Below, one piece after another: positions 34,564 through 43,953 of a DNA stretch of 64,000 nt. Position 1 is the first letter of the stretch. Every line of letters begins with the position of its first letter. This DNA comes from Clostridia bacterium. Lineage in GTDB: Bacteria > Bacillota > Clostridia > Christensenellales > UMGS416. The notes beneath the pieces were generated by a model. It saw only the letters and a list, made by a program, of their open reading frames with translations, did no database searches and had not been told where the DNA came from. Made by a program: the position numbers and the translations under genes. The DNA lies in contig JAFGUF010000014.1 in NCBI GenBank assembly GCA_016938675.1, positions 6,668 through 70,667 on the forward strand, in the 5' to 3' direction.

Positions 34564-37320
34564 TTATTTTAAGTATTCGTCCAGGTCATTCCAGTCGTCA
34601 GCATCGCCTATTGCATAGTCATTTATGCCCTCGCTTACCAGTCCCCACTCCGCATCGCACTTGTCATAGGAGCTATTATCTATTGTCCTGTCTGCGATAA
34701 AAAATCTTATCATTGATTTGTATATAAGTACTGCGTTTTTATAATCCTGGCTCTTTACAAACAGCGGATAGGGAACCTCCGGATGCCATTTCTGAATTCT
34801 GTTCATCTGCATCAGCTGCATGTTCATATTATTTATGTTTGCGGCCGCCCGTTTTTTTGCTTCCTGTAGGGGCATCTTGTCTCCATAAAGCTGCTTGATC
34901 AGTTCGTTTATCACCTTGATTTGCTCTTCTTTTGTTTTACCTTTTAGGTTCTTTTTCAAGTATACATACGTATAGTTGTTGAATATTGTTTCTGCCGCCT
35001 CTTCATATTTTTTATAGAAATATTCAGAGAATTTATGGGTTAGAAGGAACACTGCAGCTTCGTTTGCATTGCCCAGATAGTGGCAGAATTCGTGGAACAA
35101 TACAGGAATTGTGCTGTAGCTGTCGCAGAATAGTTTCAGGTTTATGCCCACGCTATTGGGCAGGGTCTGGTCGACCACCTGATTATACCTGCTGGTTACC
35201 GGGCCGACTCCCTTTTCGCCGTTAAATGTCGTCCACATTACGTGGCTGTAAGGAGCCATTTTATAGAAGCCCTCTGTCTTTTCTTCGCTGATATCAATAA
35301 GCCTTAGCGGATACTCCCTGAGCAGGTACATAACACCGGGCAGCTCATTTTCCAGTATACGCACTGTTTTTTGAATGTCCCCGTAATTAAGCGACGGATT
35401 AGCGCATTTAAGTATTTCATCCAAAACGTTTGCAAACGTCAGGCTGTCGCAGGTGTCGTATATCCTGACTTCGAAGAATGATTTATTTTTGTCCCAGTCA
35501 ATCAATGTTGATCGCATTCTGATCAGGTCATCAAGCCTCTCTTTTATATCCTTATCATCCTGATTTTCCAGCATATAGGGAAGCAGCCCCACAACCAAGC
35601 ACTGGAGCATAAATTTTGAGAATGAATTTCCGTTTCTGCTGGCAATCAGCATGAAGACAAGTTCCATAGTGAAGTCAATGTTTTCACTGAGGCAGTATCC
35701 AATAAGCCCGCCTTGCATTTCCAAGGCTAATTCGTTTATTTCATTGATTTTTGCTATCTCCTCGCTGCTTTGCATATACAAAGGACTGTCGTATATGTTA
35801 CTCAGCAATGACCTGTATGTAGATTTGTACACCTCGTATTCCTCGTAGAGTTTTTTCATTCTTTCAGAAAGTTCATGGAATCGTTCGAGAACTTCTTTGA
35901 ACAAATCATCCTTAAGCATCAGCTTTCTGCCGGCTGCAAGCGTAGTGCAGCGCACCAATGCGCATATACTCCATCCGAAAACGGTTTCCTGGTCCTTTAT
36001 GCTCTTTTGTTCATCCGCGTTCTGATAATTACTTCTTGAAATAACTATATCTTTTAGTTTCGAGATTATCTCTTCGTTTTCGGTGGGGTTAAATACTAGT
36101 CCTATAAGGGCATCTACTATTTCAGTCTCATCCTTTGATGGCTCTTGCAGTTTGGCAAGGAATATTTCATCTCTTTTTTCTTTGCCTTTTGCGTCCAGCT
36201 TAGTCTTTCCGCTGTATATCCTATACTCGAAATCATTGTCCTGCCTGTCCTTGATTTTTCTTTCTCTTTCCTCGCGCCTTTCCTTCAGCTCAGCCATCTT
36301 CTTTCGCTCGGCCTCCTGACGCTCCTTTTTCTGTTTCTCAAGCTTTGCCAGTTCTGCCTGCCTTCTTACTTCCGCCTCCTTTTCCTCCCTCTTTTTTCTT
36401 TCGGCGTCAGTTTCTATCCTCTTTGCATTTTCCAGCTCCATTTTGCGGTCATCAATCTTCAGCCATGCCGCGTATACCATGATCAGAAGCACTATGCTCA
36501 CACCTATTAATATATAGTGCAGAAGGTAATCTTTTGAAGTCCTTTTTACCCTTAAGTTCTTCAGAACATACTTGTCGCTCGCATTTGAAAGAGCAGGAAT
36601 ATATTCACTTTCATTTTCCTCAATCTCTATAGACAATGTGTCAATATCTTCAAGCATGCTTTCAAGCAATTCAAGCTCCTCAGCGCTGCTTAATCCCAAT
36701 GCAGCGGTATATGCATCCGCCACGTATAACAAGTTGTTTACCAGCTGTGTTCCGAACTCTCCAGTTTTTGTGTCATCCGGCATGTTCCTGAAGCAAAGCA
36801 AAAGGTAAAATAGCGGATTATCATTGTCAACTACTGCTTTTTTAAGTACTAGGTCATCATTCAGCTGAACCCTTCCTTCCACATGGATAGTGTCAAGAAT
36901 TTCATGGCTGCCTTCAAAAACGCCGTTGGCTGTTAAATTCAGCGCAACCAGAGCAGGGTTTGTAACCTCGCATTCATACAGCACTTCATGTTCGTTTTCT
37001 TTGGATTGTTTAAATTCCAGATCGTAAACTGTTAAATAAGGATAATCCGTCTGCAGCGTTTTCAGCTCAAAATTCAAATCATCTGCAGCCACCACATTGC
37101 CTTTCACAAACAGCTGCGAATACTCATTCTGTATGTTCTGTTTCACACATGTGTTTACAATATACTGTACGCGCCTGATATCCCTAGTGTACGGCAGGGC
37201 AATGAATATTCCGGCAAATGCAGCCAGAGTCATAATAATCAGCAGAACAACTTTTATCTTGCTTCCTACTATGCGCCCCTTTGCCTTTTTTATCTCAATA
37301 TCCTTTTGTGCCTGATTCAT
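34564..37320 (-). CDS. 2-TM protein with an extracytoplasmic loop domain, E/R/K-rich helix and a cytoplasmic HExxH domain (918 aa), paralog B
   Basis: TM helices VVLLIIMTLAAFAGIFIAL and LLHYILIGVSIVLLIMVYAAWL. The charged tract is KKREEKEAEVRRQAELAKLEKQKKERQEAERKKMAELKERREERERKIKDRQ. HEFCH lies at 35080..35094. Confidence 0.8.
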   Translation of the reverse strand: MNQAQKDIEIKKAKGRIVGSKIKVVLLIIMTLAAFAGIFIALPYTRDIRRVQYIVNTCVKQNIQNEYSQLFVKGNVVAADDLNFELKTLQTDYPYLTVYDLEFKQSKENEHEVLYECEVTNPALVALNLTANGVFEGSHEILDTIHVEGRVQLNDDLVLKKAVVDNDNPLFYLLLCFRNMPDDTKTGEFGTQLVNNLLYVADAYTAALGLSSAEELELLESMLEDIDTLSIEIEENESEYIPALSNASDKYVLKNLRVKRTSKDYLLHYILIGVSIVLLIMVYAAWLKIDDRKMELENAKRIETDAERKKREEKEAEVRRQAELAKLEKQKKERQEAERKKMAELKERREERERKIKDRQDNDFEYRIYSGKTKLDAKGKEKRDEIFLAKLQEPSKDETEIVDALIGLVFNPTENEEIISKLKDIVISRSNYQNADEQKSIKDQETVFGWSICALVRCTTLAAGRKLMLKDDLFKEVLERFHELSERMKKLYEEYEVYKSTYRSLLSNIYDSPLYMQSSEEIAKINEINELALEMQGGLIGYCLSENIDFTMELVFMLIASRNGNSFSKFMLQCLVVGLLPYMLENQDDKDIKERLDDLIRMRSTLIDWDKNKSFFEVRIYDTCDSLTFANVLDEILKCANPSLNYGDIQKTVRILENELPGVMYLLREYPLRLIDISEEKTEGFYKMAPYSHVMWTTFNGEKGVGPVTSRYNQVVDQTLPNSVGINLKLFCDSYSTIPVLFHEFCHYLGNANEAAVFLLTHKFSEYFYKKYEEAAETIFNNYTYVYLKKNLKGKTKEEQIKVINELIKQLYGDKMPLQEAKKRAAANINNMNMQLMQMNRIQKWHPEVPYPLFVKSQDYKNAVLIYKSMIRFFIADRTIDNSSYDKCDAEWGLVSEGINDYAIGDADDWNDLDEYLK

Positions 37321-37382
37321 CTTTTCTCTCCTTTAAATCTCTTTAGCAATTATTTTATCTACCTATCATTTGATTATTGATG

Positions 37383-40214
37383 TTATTTTAAGTAGTAGTC
37401 TATATCACTCCAATCCCTATCATGAATTACATAATCGTTGATTCCCTCACTCACTAATTCCCATTCCGATTCGCATTTGTCAAAGTATTCTATATCAATA
37501 TCCTTGTCGGCAACGTGATACCTAACTATTGCTTTGTACATCAGCTCCGCGTTAGCTCTGTCCTCATATTTTGTCAGCAGCGGATAGGAAACTTCCGGAT
37601 GCCATCTCTGCATTCTGTTCATCTGTATCAGCTGCATGTTTATATTATTTATGTTAGCAGCCGCCAGTTTTTTTGCTTCCTCCAGGGGCATATTGCCTCC
37701 ATAAAGCTGCTTTATCAGGTCATTTATCACCTCGATCTGCTCATCCTTTGCTTTACCTTTCAGGTTCTTCTTCAAGTACACATAAGTGTAGTTGTTGAAC
37801 ATTGTTTCGGCCGCATCTGCATATTTTTTATAGAAATATTCAGAGAATTTATGGGTAAGCAGGAACACGGCGGCTTCATTGGTATTGCCCAGATAGTGGC
37901 AGAATTCATGAAACAGTACGGGTATTGTGCTGTAGCTGTCGCAGAACAATTTAAGGTTTATGCCTACGCTGTTTGGTAGAGTCTGGTCGACCACTTGGTT
38001 ATAGCGGCTGTTTACAGGCCCGACCTCCTTTTCGCCGTTAAATGTCGTCCACATTAAATGGCTAAAAGGTGCCATTTTATAGAAGCCCTCTGTTTTTTCT
38101 TCACTGTTATCTATAAGCCTTAAAGGATACTGCCGCAGCAGGAACATTACGCCCGGCAGCTCGGATTCTAATATGCGTACTGTTTTTTGAATGTCCCCGT
38201 AATTAAGCGATGGATTTGCGCACACGAGTATTTCCTTCAGAACATTTGCAAACGTATAGCTGTCGCATGTGTCGTAAACCCTTACTTCAAAGAATGACCT
38301 GTTTTCGGCCCAGTTGATAAGATTTGAGCGCATTTCTATCAAATCATCGACCTTAGCCTTCACCAGTTCGTTATCCTTGTTTTCCATCATATAAGGCAAG
38401 AGCCCGATTATAATGCATTGCATCATGAATCTAGAATATTCAAAATTTTTCCTGCTGGCTATCATAGTGAATATTATATCCAATGCGAACCCGGGGTCCT
38501 CGCTGATACAGTATGGCATCAGCCCGCCTTTCATCTCTTCAGACAGTGCGTTTAGCTGCTCTATCAGGTGTATTTCCCTAACGCTTTGGGTTTTTTCCTG
38601 CTGCTCCTTATTAAGGCTCATAATCAAGTTATAGTATTCACCCTCTCTGAATCGCTTTTCCTGCAGATATTCACGATAAAGCTTCGAACTTTTTTCAGCC
38701 AGTGCATTGTATCTGTCGAGAACAAGCTTGAAATGCTCAGTATTTAATTTTATTCCTTTGCCCGCTGCAATCTCGCAGCGAATCATCGCGCAAATTCCCC
38801 AGCCCAAAGCCGTCTCTGCATCTTTTATCTTTTCCATATTATCTTGGCGCCGATAGCTGCTGTTTCTTGTAACAATGTCCAGCAAATAATCTCTAATTAC
38901 CCTGTTGTCCGTCGGGTTGAATACTAGGCCTATCAATACATCAAGCACCGCTTTGTCATCCTCAGCTGCTTCCTTAAGCCTCTCTAGGAATATTGCGTCA
39001 CGTTTCTCTTTGCCTTCTTCATCCAGTACTACCTTGCCGCTGTATATCTGATACTCGAATTCGTTGTCCTGTCTTTCCCTTATTCGTCTTTCCCTTTCTT
39101 CGCGCTTTGCCTTCTGCTCCTCCATCTTTTTGCGTTCTTTTTCCTGCTGCTCCCACTTTATTTTCTCCAATCTTTCCAGTTCAGCTCTTTCCTTGGCCTG
39201 TCTTTCCCTTTCAGCCTCCAGCCTTCTTTCTTCTCTTTCTCTCTCCAGCTTTATTCGCTTTGCTTCCCGCTCTCTGGCTTCTCTCTGCGTTTTTTCAGCG
39301 TCTGTTTCTATCTGCCTGCATTCTTCCAGGTCATCCTCGCAGCTATTTTTGTGCTTTCTTGCCAAAAATATAAGAATGAAGAAAAATACGCTGGCTGCAA
39401 TACTTAAATAAAAATATACGTAATCCTTATGTTCCTTTTCTAGCTGCAGGTTTTTAAGTATGTACTTTTTGCTTTCATCCGAGTTGTTGGCTATATATGT
39501 ACTTCCCTTTGATTCTATCTGTATTGACAGGGTGTCTAAATCAGACATCATATTAGCCACTAGTTCCACCTGCTCTTCAGCACTTAACCCCAAAGCAAAC
39601 GAATATTCCTCCGCAACATGCAAAACATTATATATCAGCTGCTCCTGTCCATTGCCTGTCTTTGTGTCGGCAGGCATATTCCTGAAGCACAGCAATAGGT
39701 AAAAAAGCGGGTCGTCATTATCTACTATAACTTTTTTCTTAAGCAGCGATTTCTCCAGCTTGACTCTTCCCTGAATTTTTACCTTATCCAGCACCTTATC
39801 GCTGTTTTGATATGTTCCATTTATGGTCAGGTTTAAGGCCACCAATGTAGGATTGGTCACTTTACATTCGTAGATAAGTTCATTTTCATCATCCTCTGAC
39901 TCTTTAAGTTCAAGGTCATAGACTGAAAAGTACGGATAATCAGTTTGACTTTTAATTAATGAGAAATTCAAATCATCCGCTGCTGCAAGATTATTTTTTA
40001 TATAGGAATCATCATATACTCTTTGAATGTTTTGCTTTATCCCCTCATTAACAAGATAGCGAACCCTTCTAATATCCGCCGTATAGGGGAGTGCAAAATA
40101 TATAGCTGCTGCGGAAGCTGCAGTCATAATTATGAAAAAAACTATCCAAAACTTTGCCCAGCCTATTCGCACAAGGTTATTTTTTATTTTCTCATCCTTT
40201 TGTGCCTGATTCAT
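37383..40214 (-). CDS. 2-TM protein with an extracytoplasmic loop domain, E/R/K-rich helix and a cytoplasmic HExxH domain (943 aa), paralog A
   Basis: TM1 spans residues 21-42 and TM2 spans 266-285. The E/R/K tract spans residues 296-382 (39069..39329). HEFCH lies at 37896..37910. The N-terminus MNQAQKD and the RBS region are identical to paralog B. Confidence 0.8.
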   Translation of the reverse strand: MNQAQKDEKIKNNLVRIGWAKFWIVFFIIMTAASAAAIYFALPYTADIRRVRYLVNEGIKQNIQRVYDDSYIKNNLAAADDLNFSLIKSQTDYPYFSVYDLELKESEDDENELIYECKVTNPTLVALNLTINGTYQNSDKVLDKVKIQGRVKLEKSLLKKKVIVDNDDPLFYLLLCFRNMPADTKTGNGQEQLIYNVLHVAEEYSFALGLSAEEQVELVANMMSDLDTLSIQIESKGSTYIANNSDESKKYILKNLQLEKEHKDYVYFYLSIAASVFFFILIFLARKHKNSCEDDLEECRQIETDAEKTQREAREREAKRIKLEREREERRLEAERERQAKERAELERLEKIKWEQQEKERKKMEEQKAKREERERRIRERQDNEFEYQIYSGKVVLDEEGKEKRDAIFLERLKEAAEDDKAVLDVLIGLVFNPTDNRVIRDYLLDIVTRNSSYRRQDNMEKIKDAETALGWGICAMIRCEIAAGKGIKLNTEHFKLVLDRYNALAEKSSKLYREYLQEKRFREGEYYNLIMSLNKEQQEKTQSVREIHLIEQLNALSEEMKGGLMPYCISEDPGFALDIIFTMIASRKNFEYSRFMMQCIIIGLLPYMMENKDNELVKAKVDDLIEMRSNLINWAENRSFFEVRVYDTCDSYTFANVLKEILVCANPSLNYGDIQKTVRILESELPGVMFLLRQYPLRLIDNSEEKTEGFYKMAPFSHLMWTTFNGEKEVGPVNSRYNQVVDQTLPNSVGINLKLFCDSYSTIPVLFHEFCHYLGNTNEAAVFLLTHKFSEYFYKKYADAAETMFNNYTYVYLKKNLKGKAKDEQIEVINDLIKQLYGGNMPLEEAKKLAAANINNINMQLIQMNRMQRWHPEVSYPLLTKYEDRANAELMYKAIVRYHVADKDIDIEYFDKCESEWELVSEGINDYVIHDRDWSDIDYYLK

Positions 40215-40243
40215 CTTTTCTCTCCTTTATGCCTCTTCTTTAT

Positions 40244-40753
40244 TTATATATCTTCTTTGTTTTTTGCTCCGCTCAGCTTCTGCCTTAAGCAGTCCAGCAG
40301 CAGGTGAAAGTCATATAGTTTTTTCAGCTCCTGCTCTATGTGTGCATCCAGCACTTTTTTTATATCTTCTGAAAACTCATCGGCGACTCTGTAAAAATTA
40401 TTGCTGATAGCCCCCTCATCAAGAAATACAAAGCTGAACCATTCGGTCATCGGATTATCCGTTAGGTATTTTTCCGCCGCCTCCGCATCGCCGTTTTTGC
40501 AGATATCTGAAAATACTTCCAGGTTTTTGACTGCCTGCTTTTTGTCATCGTCATACTCGTCAAATATTGATAGGGTATCCCTTGCAATGATGCTTTTGCG
40601 GGGCGCAGCTATGGCCTTGTCGAGAAACTGTGACTGCATTTCGCACGTAAGCCCTCCTCGTCCAGCATCCCAAATAATATCGCCCTGGTCAACATTGAGA
40701 ATCAGTTCATCCAGTCCAAGTGCCTTTCTTTTTACTTTTAAGTATTCGCTCAT
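40244..40753 (-). CDS. hypothetical cytoplasmic protein (169 aa), operon partner
   Basis: Clean acidic ORF with 38-nt and 29-nt gaps to its neighbours. I recognise no motif. Confidence 0.6.
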   Translation of the reverse strand: MSEYLKVKRKALGLDELILNVDQGDIIWDAGRGGLTCEMQSQFLDKAIAAPRKSIIARDTLSIFDEYDDDKKQAVKNLEVFSDICKNGDAEAAEKYLTDNPMTEWFSFVFLDEGAISNNFYRVADEFSEDIKKVLDAHIEQELKKLYDFHLLLDCLRQKLSGAKNKEDI

Positions 40754-40791
40754 GTTCTTCTCCTTTTTTGTTTTCTAGTGCTGTTGTTTTT

Positions 40792-43647
40792 TTATAGTGA
40801 TGCGAGTTTTTTAATTACATCCGGCCTGCCAACTATTTGCGCCATCTCAAGCAGCTCTTCATATTTATCCATGTAATCATTCCCCAGCTCTTTGCTTGCC
40901 GCAACTTCAAAGTATTTAGCAGCTAGTATATCATCCATTTCCTTAAGCTCTGTTGCAAGCAACGCATATGCCATCGCGTGCTCCAAAGCTTTGTCATGCT
41001 TTTCAATGTGCATATAAATAATCGTCAGGTTTTTGTGCGCTCCCATCAGGCTGCGCTTGTTACCTGTTTTCAGGCATATATCAATCTTTTTCTTGTACTT
41101 TGATATGGCAGCGGAGTTGAGCCCCTGCCTATACAGGATGCTGCCCTGATTTCCCAGGCAAATCTGCAATGCGTTCTGGTCATTGATTTTTTGAAGCAGC
41201 TTTTCCTCGTCATATAGGTACTTAATAGCGGTCTGCAGGTCGCCTTCCTTCAGCTCAACCTGGCTTAATGAATCATAAGCGGCCGCTGCGCCCTTGACAC
41301 TGCCTATCTGCAGGCAAAGCTTTCTTTGTTTATCAAACGTGTTTTTGGCGGCCTTTATTTCATTCAAATTATTAAATTGCAGATATCCGATGCTTCCAAG
41401 CAATTTTTGCTGTTCTTCAGCGTAATTATTCTCCTCGGCCAGCGAGAGCGCCCTCTGATAATAGTATAAAGCCTTTTCAACATTATTAGTCTCATAGTAC
41501 AAAAGCCCCAGATTGCCGAGGGACTTTACAAATCCCTTTGTAAAATTATTTTGCTCGCATATTTCACTCTGGCGCATATATATATAGGTAGCATGCTTGT
41601 ATATGCATTGCCTGTGCTTTATCTTGGCAAGTGAGCCCAGCGCATCCTGATAGGACATCCAGTCATCAGCTGCCTTGCATTTTTTCATCACTGCCTTAAA
41701 CAGCGCAAATGCCTCCTTCGGATACCTGTAGTCAAATAGAATCTGGGCAGCCGCGCTAAGTTGAGCGGCAGTGTATTCTGCGGGCGATTCAAGCAAAGGC
41801 TTGAAGTTCTCTGTCATTTCATATGCCTGCTCGCTAAGCGCCTTCCAGTACTCCCGTGCCTTCCAATGGTTACGGTTATATATATCCATAAATGCATCCA
41901 TATCGCTCATCAGGGCATTCAGGACGCCGTACTGCCTATATCTGACGCATACAGAAGGCAGAATCCTTGTCCTTTCATCTCCCTGTATTTCAATCAGGCA
42001 ATTTATCAGTGAAAGGGCGTAGGCAAGCGTATCATCCAATTTGAAGTACTGCTCCACAGCCTTTGATATCTCATCATTTTTGAAAAGCCATGCATTAACT
42101 CTTAAATAGCATAATTCGCATACAGCCGGAAAAACCAAAGCCCACGTATAGGCATTTGGAGTGCCAAGCAAAGCAATCAATGTGCTCTCCTTAAGCCCGT
42201 CGCCAGAAACATATAGATATATCAGCGCTTTTTTAAGCAGTTCAAAGTTCTGCCTGTCCATATTGTCTTCCAGCCTGCTTAGATATTGCATAATAATCCC
42301 GCTGACACTTTCGCAGGACAGCAGCAATTCAATCCTGCTATTCAGCTCCTCATATACGCCGAACTTCCTTAGCTCATCCAGCATTGAAACGAGATAAAAA
42401 GGAAGGCGCGATTTCTTCGCCGCGGCAATCTTATCCCTGCTTTTTTCATCCAGTTTTTTGCCGTAGCTCAGGAGGTAATTCTGCGCTATATACTTTATAT
42501 CCTCCTCGTCAGGGCTTGCCACATTCTGCACCTTAAAGGCTTTCTTTTCTATCTTCTGTAGGGTGGATGAATCCCTTGTTGAAATAATTAATTTTATGTT
42601 TTCCGGAAGCGATGTGGGTATCCACGCGAAGCTCGTGATGCCCTTGGTGTTCTCAAGCAGCTCCAGTCCGTCTATTATTATATTCAATTGTTCCGCTTTT
42701 TTTGCTGCTTCATTTAAGTGCGCCGGAACGGAATTTATTATGTCCAGCGGTTCTTTATTGAAATCAATCTCTATCTGATATCTGCTCTCCAGCCACATGA
42801 GCAGCCGCAGAACCATGTTATAGAGATCTGCTGAGTCATCTGAAGCGCCGCAGAAATGAAAAAAAGTGTTTTCAGGCTGGTAATTTATTAAATAGTATGC
42901 AAGCAATGACGATTTGCCGCTGCCTGCGCCGCCCGTAAGAAGCAGTATTTTTTTTGCACTGCCTCCTATGTATTCATCTATCAGCCCAGATGCTGACTTA
43001 TAGTCTGTATATTCTGCCGCGGCGTGGCGCGCATAGCTCAGGTGAAGCTCGCCTTCCCCCGTTTCAGCCATGGAAAAAAGCCCCGAAATAACATTCTTAA
43101 TATCTTCAAAGACATACCGTGCGAGTTCTGAAGGCGTTTTATATTGCTTTATTTCTACGCCGGACTTTACAATCCGTTCTTTTAGCGCCAGCTGGTTTTT
43201 ATCCTTTGCTTCCTTGCTTTCTGCGCATCTTTCATATATTCTGCAATGGGGGTTGTCTTTCATGCCGAGGTATAGCTCCATCTCGGTAATTGACCTGCCT
43301 TTTTTAGAAAGCAGCCAGGGGTATTTTTCAGCTGCGATTTCGGAAATAGCTTCGGGTATCCATCCGTATCTTTCCCCCAGAATACCTATAAAAAACGGGG
43401 CGCATCTCGAAACCTCATCAAGGCAAATCTCCACTGTTTTGTCGCTTTGAGCCTCCTCCTCTGTTATGCCCCAGCGAAGGTCAACCGGTATAAAATCCAG
43501 ATCATAAAGCCTGCAAAACTGCGTGACTGCCGGAAAAATCAGCGTCAGAGCCTCTCTTTCCTCCTGCATATCCCGGAAAGTGGATGACACAAATAAACGG
43601 ACTGCTTTGTCGGCATCATATTTTCTTTTCTCAAGTTTTGGCTCCAT
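40792..43647 (-). CDS. STAND NTPase: DUF4062-like N-terminal domain + P-loop + TPR array (951 aa)
   Basis: The N-terminus reads VRLFVSSTFRDMQEEREAL...VDLRWGI...GILGERYGWIP (DUF4062-like, about 43348..43599). Walker A LLLTGGAGSGKS is at 42910..42933. Walker B candidate is LNIIIDGLE. The C-terminal about 350 aa are TPR-like (ALYYYQRALSLAEE...). Confidence 0.8.
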   Translation of the reverse strand: MEPKLEKRKYDADKAVRLFVSSTFRDMQEEREALTLIFPAVTQFCRLYDLDFIPVDLRWGITEEEAQSDKTVEICLDEVSRCAPFFIGILGERYGWIPEAISEIAAEKYPWLLSKKGRSITEMELYLGMKDNPHCRIYERCAESKEAKDKNQLALKERIVKSGVEIKQYKTPSELARYVFEDIKNVISGLFSMAETGEGELHLSYARHAAAEYTDYKSASGLIDEYIGGSAKKILLLTGGAGSGKSSLLAYYLINYQPENTFFHFCGASDDSADLYNMVLRLLMWLESRYQIEIDFNKEPLDIINSVPAHLNEAAKKAEQLNIIIDGLELLENTKGITSFAWIPTSLPENIKLIISTRDSSTLQKIEKKAFKVQNVASPDEEDIKYIAQNYLLSYGKKLDEKSRDKIAAAKKSRLPFYLVSMLDELRKFGVYEELNSRIELLLSCESVSGIIMQYLSRLEDNMDRQNFELLKKALIYLYVSGDGLKESTLIALLGTPNAYTWALVFPAVCELCYLRVNAWLFKNDEISKAVEQYFKLDDTLAYALSLINCLIEIQGDERTRILPSVCVRYRQYGVLNALMSDMDAFMDIYNRNHWKAREYWKALSEQAYEMTENFKPLLESPAEYTAAQLSAAAQILFDYRYPKEAFALFKAVMKKCKAADDWMSYQDALGSLAKIKHRQCIYKHATYIYMRQSEICEQNNFTKGFVKSLGNLGLLYYETNNVEKALYYYQRALSLAEENNYAEEQQKLLGSIGYLQFNNLNEIKAAKNTFDKQRKLCLQIGSVKGAAAAYDSLSQVELKEGDLQTAIKYLYDEEKLLQKINDQNALQICLGNQGSILYRQGLNSAAISKYKKKIDICLKTGNKRSLMGAHKNLTIIYMHIEKHDKALEHAMAYALLATELKEMDDILAAKYFEVAASKELGNDYMDKYEELLEMAQIVGRPDVIKKLASL

Positions 43648-43906
43648 ATAGGCTCCTGCGTGTTGAACAGCGGGTGAAAAATGATAAAATCAAAAATAAA
43701 CTCATTATGTGAAAAAAGGCGCATATTACGCTAATTATTCATTGCCTTGTGCGTGATGCAATATCGCCAATGTCAAATAGAATTATTATTTGTATTATAT
43801 CAATATTTAGTAAATAAAACAATAATCAACCAGTGATAAATCTGCGAATTTTCGTATATTTTTTTGGTTTTTTTAGGGCTCAATTATGCTGCTGATACTT
43901 GTAAAT

Positions 43907-43931
43907 AAAAGGTGCTCTTAGAGCACCTTTT
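43907..43931 (-). terminator. intrinsic terminator after lipoprotein gene 43954..45306
   Basis: aaaaggtgctc-tta-gagcacctttt. Confidence 0.6.
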
Positions 43932-43953
43932 ATTGAATACTTAACTTTACTGA

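Noticed and set aside
34564-40214. Tandem 2.8-kb duplication as an assembly artefact
   Set aside because: The copies differ by roughly 15 percent even in the best-conserved DNA stretches. They have different lengths (918 versus 943 aa) and both frames are intact. A collapsed or expanded repeat would be near-identical.
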